Assembly (NCBI GenBank): GCA_000934665.2
Contig: KZ539099.1
Location: 1-33,559, forward strand
DNA: 33,559 bases
From: Catajapyx aquilonaris
Taxonomy: Eukaryota
Direction of reading: 5' to 3'
Under the pieces are notes generated by a model, which made no database searches, was not told the origin of the DNA, and saw nothing but the letters and a program-made list of their open reading frames with translations. Position numbers and translations under genes: made by a program. How positions within the stretch are numbered: position 1 is the stretch's first letter; the number at the start of each line of letters is the position of its first letter. This document shows positions 21,501 through 30,957 of the stretch, one piece after another.

Positions 21501-24500
21501 ACCGGGGTCAGTTCGCAACCCCTTTGTTTGTGACGTCACGCTGTCCCTACGAGACCGCGTTTCCTTCGGTACCCACCCCACCCACCCCTAGTATATGGAT
21601 ACCCCCCACAACCAGCTCCCAGCCAGAGAGCCAATCAATACTCAGGATCTGTGTCACGGCCTTCCCGAATCACTCGCAACACTGTTTCGGAGAGGGGTTG
21701 GGGGGAGGCAGGCAGGCAGGCATCAAAACAATTCATACCCGGGCCATTGTACTTCGCACGCATCGTATAATTGGGCAGTGGGGGAGGCGGGCTGGCAAAA
21801 CGTATTCACACCGCATGCTAGCTAACGCATGAATGAAAGATGGACCTCCCCAACAATAGACAGCTGATTGGGCAGCCCCCCCAACAATGAATGAGGAGGA
21901 GGAGGGAATCCTAATGAATGGTGCCTCTAGGTGTGCGATAATGGCCAGATAGTGAGAGGTGGGTTTGATTAGCAGAGTTTGTCACACGAGTGTGTGTGTG
22001 TGTGTGTGCGCGACGCCCACGCGACCACGACGTGATTTGTGGACATTCGGCTGACATTGCACAGGCGACCTTGGCAAAGGTGGTGGATAATCCCGCTCAT
22101 TCATGGGGCTGTATCAAAGCACCTGACAATCATTATCAACCTTTCTTTTTTTTTCTTTCATTTCCTCTTGCCCAACAATCAGTAGTGTCTGCACAACAGG
22201 ATAAACAACATCCGAACTTAATGGTGTCGTACTGGTGGCGCCCATAGTGCCGTCGGCGGCAAAAGAGCGAATCGAAATTTGCACTCCTTATGACCGGACC
22301 TTCACTCGATCATTTTTAACTTCGCTCGTTCGTTTCTCTAACCGCAGGCATAGAAAAATGCAAACGAAGTGAGAGCTTTCCTAATTAAAATGATCAAGTG
22401 AAGGTGCGGTCATACGAAGGCAGCTGTCGATTCGCTATTTGCCGCCATGGCTCGTGGCGCCAAAAGTACCACACCATTAACGTCCGTACGCCCACCATTT
22501 CTGCAAAAAAAATAGCATAAATTGCAATCGAAGCCTAACGCCAACTTGTTGACGATTTTCCCATCTATTTTTGTTGCTCCTAAGAGAAACCTTTTCAATG
22601 TCGGACAAGTTTCGCGGAAATTAACCTTCAAATATCAACGTTTACAAACTTGGCAAATTACAATCACTTGATCTGCTGATATAGGTTCCGCCCACACTTC
22701 TGCTTGCAATCTGAGTCATACGCAGCCGAATGTTGAGCCATTTTGGGAAGAAACAGTAGGTGTCAAAAGTGGCGTTTCCGGTTCAAATAATTTGGATGAT
22801 TTATATCGCAAAATACAATACACTGCTTAGTTCAAACTACAGTGCGTTAAAAATAAGCTGTTCGTTCATGCTCATTTGCTCGGATTAACGTCTTTTGCAG
22901 TAAAAACCGCTCATAAATAGTCAAACATGCACTTGTATACGCTATACTCCAGCTCCTTTCACTGCAAAACTTCTCTTTGAGCGCACACATCACACAACAA
23001 TGTTTCTTTCTAGCTCGAACTATGTATATATCCTAATTAGCATATAGTTGAATGCAGGCGGCGTATAATTTGCATGGAGCGGATGCTGATTAGCATAAAT
23101 CGGCGGGGGCAGCTCCGTTTCCGGTCGCCCACTGAATAAAGTTACGCGAAACATGTGCGCTTTTCTCTATATACGCGGGCCCCCCCGCCACATGCCCGGT
23201 CTCTCTTGTTGCGAAATCGGTTTTGACGGACAAGGAAAGGTCAACGAGCTCCAATATACGCAAGGAGACTATCGGGGCTCACTCAGCCTCTATCTGTAAA
23301 AACGGCAACACAAACATCGTAAATGGCAACATGCGGCTCTTAACAATGTGTAATGACACTACGTCACAACAATTAGAGCATTAGTGACGTCATAATGCAG
23401 GGGCCAACCATTTGAAATATTCCTGGAATCCTGAGCTAATTGGCATCACTTGACCGACAGGATGTTTGTCATCTCTTACGTGTGAGGTAGAGCTGTTGGG
23501 TTCTTTGTTGGGAGTCAGTTTGAGTGGAAAGATGACTCCTAGGCAACTAAGGCCATCTGGCCTGTTACAGTCCAATAGATAAAAAAAAGTAACATGCGTT
23601 TCGTGATGCGGTTTGGAAAGGTCTGATACTTGCAATAGATCTGCGGCAAACCTTTCTGACCACAATATTCAAATCAGTGCTATTGGGACATTCGGAAGAT
23701 CAGGCTTCAGGTCAACTATTGCACGAATGTATGATGTCAAAATGCCAACAGAAAAATGAGTGGACATATTCCCCCCAATTGTTTTTCATTCCAAGGTTTC
23801 CAGCAGTGCACGTCCACAGGTTGAGTTGCGGGCCATTTGACGTATAACATTTCCAATCCCCCTAGCTGGTTTCCAATCAATCAATCCTGATGGCGCCGAG
23901 GTCAGGAACTGCTACCCTTCATTGACTGAACCGCACCATATAACCCAGCAGGGATGCCGCTTGTAAAGCTACAAGGCCTTCAACTATATACAACCGCCCA
24001 GTTAGCGCAGAAGGACGAAAAGATGGCGCAGTGACCAAAAAACGTCCAGCGATTATTATTTTGTTGGTAATGGTAACACTCCGGCTATTGCTCCAAATTG
24101 TTGCTGCTATTGCTCCAGTTGTTGTGTCACATCACAGTGTCAGACACTCCTGCATGTTGACTTTTACCCTTGCTTTTATCAGCAGGAAAAACCATCCCCA
24201 ATTCAACAACAAAATCAATCATGATTTTAGGTGTTGATCTTCATTTTTAGACTTTTTCGAAGGGGGGAAAAAAAAGTCTTATAGAACGGCTGTCTGTGAA
24301 CAAGTATCAGACAGAGGCGTGCTATCAGACTTTTAAACATGAAAAAGTCTACTCTAATCACGCTCACGTGATTTTCCCAATCGTGTTTGAGAGTGTGCGA
24401 TGTTGCTGAGAGAAGGATGAACTTGAGGGAATAGTTATAAAAGATTTCAGCGCTACTTCATAAGTGACGATCACCAATATGCGATGTTGCCAGATGTTGC

Positions 24501-27159
24501 ACGGTGCCTGTGAATGGCCCTCATTCAGAATAATCCGGAGTCGCCCCAACAATTGATCCAAGCAAAAGCCCCCCNNNNNNNNNNNNNNTACATCCCACGC
24601 CTCCCAACTGGCTTCAACAACCGGAAATTCAACCACCCCTCCCCAACTTCAACACAAGTTCCTTTTTCCACACGCATTACGTCACCTCCCACACCCCCCA
24701 TCAGATCCCCCGGTGTAACATCCCGGAAACCCCTCTCTTATTCTTCAGTTTCAGGTGGACTCCTCCCATTTCCGGTCCTCCACTGTTTGTAACACCCCCC
24801 TTTTTCAGATGGAGGAGGCAGGGGTGTTGTAGGGTTTGGACCCCACCCACGCATTGATCGGTGATCCTGCAGGGTGCAACTACACGTCATTAAGCATCCG
24901 CGTCGGCGTCCTTGAATGGAGTTGAAGAGCAGGGGGGGAGGGAGGGGGAGTGTGAATGGCGCACCCCCNCCCCCCCCCCCCTTCCCTTCTCCCCCGCACC
25001 AACTTTTCCCCTTCCGCCCCCGCGCCATTCACCATCCGCCCCCGCACTCTTTGGGCGAGAGAGAGAGAGGCCCACCCACCAACTACTCTACTTGCCATCG
25101 TATCTAAACCTGGCAACGTTGCCACATACAAGCACATTATTAGGCAATAATTTCAACCAAAAAAAAAACAAATTTTCATATTTTCCCGCCAGTACGCACT
25201 ATATGGCAACGCAGCAATTTTTGTCCCGGATTCAACCAAACAACGGCAACCCCGCACACCTGCTATCCTATTGTTGGCCGGTGGCATCCTTGAAAATGGA
25301 CCGGATTCTGCAGCCAGTGATGGCAACACCGGACTGATCCGGATTCTACATGGTTGCCACGTTGTGTGCACAAGTGCCCGGATATTTCGTGAAACTTGTC
25401 GTATGAATGCAATTTTTATCCCCCCAGTGGTGCTTAAAAAGTGGCCACAACATTTCCGTAGTAAACATACTTAAAATACTTGGGATATAGATCGGTCACT
25501 ATATGAACGGCAACCGATTTGATTACAGGAAGGAATACAGTTTGTAATAAAATTCATGTAATAAAAGTGGCCATTCGGTTGAGTTCGTATAGTGGCCGCT
25601 GAGTGCGGTTAGAGAAACCCTTTTTTGTAGTAATAATTTGCAATCATACATACGCGGGATAATGCCAGGCCATATTATAAATAATGCAGGTGATCTAAAT
25701 AATTCATAGTTAACAATTACTATTTGGAAACCCGGCAACGCTGTGTGTTTCAGTACCGTATCATAATCGAGTTTAAGAAAATGCGAATTTACGATAACTC
25801 CCTAACTTCTCTAACGATTTTTTTTCACACCGGCGAAACACTGCAGTGTTGCAACAAGTCCTATCCTAGTTTTGTTTTCCCGCCATGTGCAAAATGGCAA
25901 CGCTGTCCAATCACGACGTGCACTGACCAAACCGGCAAAAAAAAATCGCAACCGGCGAGCTGGCCGGATTTCTGCAAATGTGGCAACAAGGCAAACATGC
26001 CCACTACAAATACGTTTCTTAAACAATTTACCCGCCAGTTCAAGTCCGCCTGAAGGACACCCCTTGACAGTTTGTGCGGGTCCAGCAACATCCTCTGGGT
26101 ACAATCAAAACGGCAAACAACTGATCTGCAGCCAACCTACCGAATGTTACAAGAACGTTAATGTGGCGCAGCAGTTTCTGCAGCGAGCCTATCAACTGTA
26201 GCCTACTATATCGCTCAAAAAACGATAGAAACCAAATCATCCCCATCTTTTTGAGCGATATAGTACATGAACGTTAATGTGGCGCTGTAGTCAAAATATT
26301 GTAAACGTGGTGGCTCTGCAGCGAGCCTACCAAACGTACAAAAAACGTTAATGTGGCGGCGTAGTTACAATACGGTAGCTTAAATGTGATGGCTCTGCAG
26401 TGAGCATACCAAATGTACAAAAAACGCTAATGTGGCGGCGTAGTTACAATACGGTAGCTTAAATGTGATGGCTCTGCAGTGAGCATACCGAATGTACAAA
26501 AAACGTTAATGTGGCGGCGTAGTTACAATACGGTGGCTCTGCAGCGCGCTAGTGAAGCGAACCTATACCGAATGTGCACGAACGTTAATGTGGCGCGGTA
26601 GTTAAAGATACGTTCGAACGACCGACCCTCGACCGTCGACCGTCGACCATACGTGCACTTTGTTTACATGTTGACATGGTTGCCAGAATGCGTTTTTCTT
26701 TTGGAGTGTGGCAACCCTGTCCGAAAATACACGCCAAGTGCATTTTCTTTCTCCCGCCAGTGTGCACCAGTGTTGCCGAATCGTACCTTTGAGAGCGCAG
26801 ACCCGCCTTCCGTCCGTGAGCAGGCCTTTGGAGAGGACCATGAGGGGATCTGGGGCGGATTGCCCCTGGTCGTGCGAGTCGTCCGAGTAGAGGACGAAGG
26901 AGGCCTGCTGCGAGGCCGCCCTGATCCGGTCCCTCAGCTCCTTCCCCCTGAGGGCGGCCAGCGCGTCCATCTTCCCGGCCGCGGCCCGCCTGAGCATGAT
27001 GCACGGGAAGGACACGTGCACGGCCCTCCGCACGTGCGCCTGCCTGAAGTCCGCCCCTGGCCTGACGTCCAGAAGCACCAGCGGGGCCCCCGCCCTGAGC
27101 TCCCTGACCACCCACTCCCCGCTGACCCACTCGGGTCCGGACCGCCCTGCCTCCTCCAT
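12822..27159 (-). CDS. Mkp3: Dual-specificity MAP kinase phosphatase Mkp3 (DUSP6/7/9 family), about 526 aa. Exons 27159..26787, 17468..17254, 14148..13933, 13867..13732, 13462..12822
   Basis: Exon 1: rhodanese/CH2 domain with kinase-interaction motif ([16 protein letters not shown]). Exon 1/2 junction reads [16 protein letters not shown]. Exon 3: [13 protein letters not shown]. Exon 4: [14 protein letters not shown]...[16 protein letters not shown], typical of DUSP6/7. Exon 5: catalytic [10 protein letters not shown] and [10 protein letters not shown]. Splice phases are consistent; total 1581 nt. The start codon could lie further upstream. Confidence 0.93.
17971..18088. repeat. Inverted repeat / fold-back element (about 118 bp) in Mkp3 intron 1
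   Basis: Perfect 17-bp arms AGTAAGGTAGCAGACCT (17984-18000) and AGGTCTGCTACCTTACT (18059-18075), extended imperfectly on both sides. Confidence 0.75.
18161..18330 (-). mobile_element. Helitron-like non-autonomous fragment, related to 29137..29388
   Basis: ACTAG end followed by GGAACCATTCTTC. Shares CTCAG..GTGGGTTAGGTAGCC..GACATAC..GACAAA with the copies at 29.17-29.39 kb. Confidence 0.5.
18333..18467. mobile_element. Tc1/mariner-pogo-like MITE (135 bp)
   Basis: Perfect 20-bp TIRs CAGTTGAATCCGGATATAAC / GTTATATCCGGATTCAACTG. TA on the right flank, CA on the left. Related copies at 28.0-28.5 kb. Confidence 0.8.
19543..20140. mobile_element. Second palindromic element, host of the 19568..19903 insertion (boundaries approximate)
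   Basis: With the nested MITE removed, the left arm TGTTGGACATTAATTGCGTCATACTGCTAGCGACATTTTC...GGCAGAAGTGCAAATCGA pairs with the right arm TCGATTTGCACTTCTGCC...GAAAATGTCGCTAGCAGTATGACAGTTAATGTCCAGCA. Confidence 0.75.
19568..19903. mobile_element. 336-bp palindromic MITE with 7-bp target-site duplication GTCATAC (P- or hAT-like)
   Basis: TIR CAGGGAGCATATAC / GTATATGCTCCCTG, with arms complementary over about 140 bp (e.g. GGCGGCCATTTTGAAGTGTGGGCAA / TTGCCCACACTTCAAAATGGCCGCC). GTCATAC at 19561-19567 and 19904-19910. Confidence 0.85.
20141..20470. repeat. About 120-124 bp tandem repeat (3 cores; an interrupted first unit at about 19474-19542)
   Basis: The identical core CAAGTGGGCCGGTTCCGGAACGGGTTCGGTTC recurs (GTGGG at 20157, 20281, 20401). 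The intervening segments are homologous (ATGACAYCTG..GGTCAT..GGCTCTCCAAATGCAAC..GATGAAACTG). Confidence 0.85.
22218..22480. mobile_element. TTAA-flanked palindromic MITE (about 260 bp); isolated left end of the same family at 21162..21215
   Basis: TTAATGGTGTCGTACT..GGCGGCAAAAGAGCGAATCGA pairs with TCGATTCGCTATTTGCCGCC..AGTACCACACCATTAA. Inner arms TATGACCGGACCTTCACTCGATCATTTT / AAAATGATCAAGTGAAGGTGCGGTCATA. Confidence 0.75.
26125..26605. repeat. About 79-bp minisatellite (roughly 6 units) near the 5' end of Mkp3 intron 1
   Basis: AACG(T/C)TAATGTGGCG recurs six times. The central units (..TAGTTACAATACGGTAGCTTAAATGTGATGGCTCTGCAGTGAGCATACC..) are nearly identical. Confidence 0.85.
26204..26265. 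mobile_element. 62-bp mini fold-back insertion within the minisatellite
   Basis: Perfect 18-bp inverted repeat TACTATATCGCTCAAAAA / TTTTTGAGCGATATAGTA. The terminal TA could be a target-site duplication; the sequence is absent from the other units. Confidence 0.65.
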
Positions 27160-28037
27160 CCCAACCGACCGACTGTGGCGGAGCTGGCTTCTCCGCTCCC
27201 AACCCCAGCCCAGCCAGCCCGGAGTGGGCAGGCCCGCCCACACCCTCGCCCACGTGACGATCTCCCCTCCGCTCCTCTTCTCCACACCGCTGCTCGCTGC
27301 CAGTGACGTGCGTCCATTGACAAACGCTGGCCGACACCCCTTCTGCTGAATGGACTGGCTGCCACCGTTGCCACATCGCACGCCCACTCCACACCCACAC
27401 TCGCGCCCACCTGGCAACACCGCCCGGTGGGTGGCTGCAAATCGATGGGGGGCTTCCGGTCTCTCTCTCTCTAAAGGGATGGAAGGTGGAAGGGGGGAGG
27501 GGTGTGAAATGCACGCCATCTATCGCCCACACTCCCGACATGTGAGGTCATAAAAGTTGCATGTGTGTGTGTGTACCTCTGTGACGTCACCAACTAATGG
27601 ACCACATTGCACGCTTATTTTTAGTGTGAGGGGGGTGTATAATATATGTAATTTTTATGCGGCGGAGGGGGTCTACGGAAATATCTTTGTGTTGTTGAAT
27701 TATTCTGTTTTATGACGTGCGAGACGAGACAGGATCGGTACCGGCGCGGCGGGGGGTACGGCGGCCGGATCAGACGTCGAAAGGGTGGAACGGCCTGATT
27801 ATTATTATAATAAAACCAAAACAATCGTCGTCATTGACTCAGTAATTGCGCAGGAGCGAATGAAGCAGGGCTATATACAAGTACGAAGCAATCAGATTAT
27901 GTAAATAAATATGAATTTCATTAGCGACTGTAAACTGACGCATGATTAAATATTAAAACACTTATCAGCCTCGGTCAATTATTTACACAAACCACTATAC
28001 TTATTGATATCATCAGTCATCATCATCATCATCATCA

Positions 28038-28500
28038 CAGCTCAATCCGGATATAGCAGCATCGGCTATAACAGACTCGAAAGACCGGCAGATTGCTGTA
28101 AACTTCCACAAAATAATGGCTTGTGTTTTCGCCTATAACAGACCTTGATTACAAAACAGACTGATTTCCGCTGTTCCTTGAAGTCTGTTATATCAGCTGA
28201 TTAAACTGCATCATCACTGTTACAGTTGAATCCGGATATAACAGCATCGGCTATAACAGACTTTCGGTTATAACATACTCGAATGGCCGGTCCCGACATC
28301 CTTCCATATAATTATGGCCTGTGTATTCGGCTATAAGAGACCTTGGCTATAAGTGACTGATTTACGCGGTCCCTTGAAGTCTGTTGCATCCTGATTAAAC
28401 TGTATTATTATTGTTGTTGTTGTTGTTGTTACGGTATTATAGTTAACTTCGGATATAACAGACTTCAAGGGACCGCGGAAAATGTTTGTTTTAACCGAGG
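28038..28500. mobile_element. Cluster of Tc1/mariner-pogo-like MITE copies (28038..28208, 28223..28402, partial about 28440..28500)
   Basis: Same TIR family as 18333..18467 (TACAGTTGAATCCGGATATAACAG ... GATTAAACTGTA) and shared internal CCCTTGAAGTCTGTT / AACAGACTTCAAGGGAC. Separated by (CAT)n and (GTT)n microsatellites. Confidence 0.75.
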
Positions 28501-29136
28501 TCTAGCCAAATCGCCACCTTTTCGACAAATACACGTTTTTCTGCTTTCATATGCTTATAATTATTTTATCAATGAAACTATCCACAAAAATGCAAAATTA
28601 GCTCCTGCGTTGGGATAGTTGTTAAACTTTTTGAAGCAATTTCGGAACTTTTTGGGCCTATTCCAAGCCTATTCTTTCAGAGGCATGTTTCGATGATTGG
28701 GTTTTTGAGGAGTAGTTTATTTTTGTCCTCCTGAAAGGACCAAAATCTTTCAGAAGTAATGCGAATAGGTCATGTTTCCGTGACACGCATGCCAAATATT
28801 TTTCTAAATTTTCCTCTGATTGGAAAAATATTTGGCAACATACTCGTATTGTCCAAGTGAAAACTGATGGCTATATAAGCGGTAAGAGTCCAGAGCAAGT
28901 GATACTTGCTTGCACTTTGTGTCTTTTGCCCAAGTTTTGTGATTTTCCTGTCAGTTTATCGTTGTTATTAGAATTTTTGCTCTGGTTTGCGACCTTACAT
29001 TTATACTTTAGAATTATAAAATTATTATGGCTTTTTTAAAGTTTCTGTAACATTATTCTCCATATGCCCAAAAAAGTAAACTTTTTGTACTTATTTGAGG
29101 TTTTTTCGTGCCTAAAAATCCGGACTCTAATTATTA

Positions 29137-29388
29137 CTTAGCAGGATACCCGTTCTTCGCCTATAGTATCACCCTCTCAGTAGTCTGCACGTGGGTTAGG
29201 CAGCCTTGACATACACACACACGGACAAACTGTCTAATTTATATAGCGGAGATATACTTCGCCAAGTATCATCCTCTCAGTAGTCAGTAGTAGTCTGCAA
29301 GTGGGTTAGGTAGCCATGACACAATATAATTAGTAGCCGTGACACATACATACATACGGACAAATTTTTGCTATATATATAGTAGAGA
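29137..29388 (-). mobile_element. Helitron-like non-autonomous element with internal duplication
   Basis: On the minus strand it starts TCTCTACTATATATATAGCAAAAATTTGTCCGTATGTATGTATGTG, resembling the TC start plus microsatellite of insect non-autonomous Helitrons. It ends near a degenerate CTAAG|T and has two internal CCTCTCAGTAGTC..GTGGGTTAGG units. Confidence 0.5.
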
Positions 29389-30783
29389 TATTGTTGATGA
29401 TAGTCTTGAATAATCAAGAGCAGTAATTTATTATTAGCGGGTATGGTCCTGCTGAGAGCATTGGCACCGTTTTCTGGTGCTGTAATTGACGCGTCTCTGT
29501 GCACATGAGCTCGTCCATAATAATTATATTGCAGGTGTGAGGCTTCCCAGAAGTGCATCAATGATAGTGATCGAGGTTCCTGTGGGAATAAAGAAATCTG
29601 GTTACTCGTTCCCACCCCCCTCTCCCCCTGCTGGCTGCCACCATAATAAACCGCTTCTTTTTTTTTTTGTCTGTGTGTGTATATGTGATGAAAAATATAT
29701 TCCGCGTAATTTTGCAACCCTGCACAAGACTCTCTCTCTCCGGCAATTCATTGATGAGGATCTGGGAATCCGCGCGCGCATCACTTTTCCTCCCCCAGCA
29801 GTCCCATCCCACCCCCGCCGCCTCCTCCACCCACTTCCGGTGCTCCACTTTCCTCCCAGAAATGGGAATTTGGAGCAATCATACCTTATAGAGCTATATA
29901 GTTCCCCTTTTTGCACCCAAGAACTGGGTTACTCCGGGATTTGCCGCCTTCATGCCCGGGCAAAAATTATATGTACTTTGATGGCCATATAGGAGGAAGG
30001 AGAGGGTGGTAGAGGCTATAGAGGTGGGGGTTATAATATCCTTTGATGTGAAATGAACGTGGGCGACCACAGACGGGGAGGACTCGTAATTGGACGGAAT
30101 TGTACTATCAAGTGCGGTCTTAATGCTATTATAGTTGTGCGTGTGCCTATGGGTGTCAGAATAATAACCTGATATGTGGTCTCATGCCATAAATCCCACC
30201 ACTGACAAAATTTGGCAACACTGCCCGGCTCTCCCGCACTTGGACGTAGTACGATATTCCACAACCAGCAGGCGCGCATTGTCCACGGAAATAGTATGGA
30301 GACGAGAGTTCACTTTTTTTAAATTGTTTGCTTCATACCTTTTTCCATCTTCAAAAAAGTGCATAGCTATGGAGGTGCACGCATGTGCGTGCGGACCCCC
30401 TATTTTTGAGTAACCGACGGCAACCGATGACCCCATTTCGTGTTATTTTCTGGAGAAGGGCGTATAAACTGGACGTTCACCTTGTAATTGCTATAGGAAG
30501 AAGAGGCATTGGGTATAATAATATATAACATATATGTATACGCGGGCTTCCAAGAGAAGGGAAGGTTGGAAATAATAAAAATGTCTATGCGGCTTCAAAA
30601 TAACTGCATTCCTTCCTGTCATTCATTCCTTAATCCCGTAACGCCCACATTTCCAGTCATAACTTATATCCGACTGTCAGCTCGTATATTTCGTGCACGT
30701 TTCATGAACAAGAAGCATTTCCATCTAATGTACAGGGTGAGCCAGCTTCGCCTCTTCTTGTAGTCCATCGTGTGGTCGTTAAA

Positions 30784-30957
30784 CTGAAGTGTGACCAAAT
30801 AAATAAATAAATCCGAAATCAGCAGTTTATTATAAGTTACAAACAATTTGGAGGGTCTAAGCCACACTTTTAATTGCAGACCATATATTGCAATTAAAAG
30901 TGCAAATTGTTTTTAACTAATAATAAACTGATTTCGGATTTATTTGCCACACTTCAG
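30784..30957. repeat. 174-bp imperfect palindrome (probable fold-back MITE)
   Basis: CTGAAGTGTG / CACACTTCAG, ATAAATCCGAAATCAG / CTGATTTCGGATTTAT and CACTTTTAATTGCA / TGCAATTAAAAGTG are nested complementary arms. Confidence 0.75.

Noticed and set aside
26585..27553. Several long overlapping ORFs on both strands
   Set aside because: Shadow ORFs of GC-rich Mkp3 exon 1; only the rhodanese-domain frame has homology.
28885..29129. Possible hAT-like element with AGAGTCC..GGACTCT ends
   Set aside because: Only about 9 bp of imperfect complementarity and no target-site duplication.
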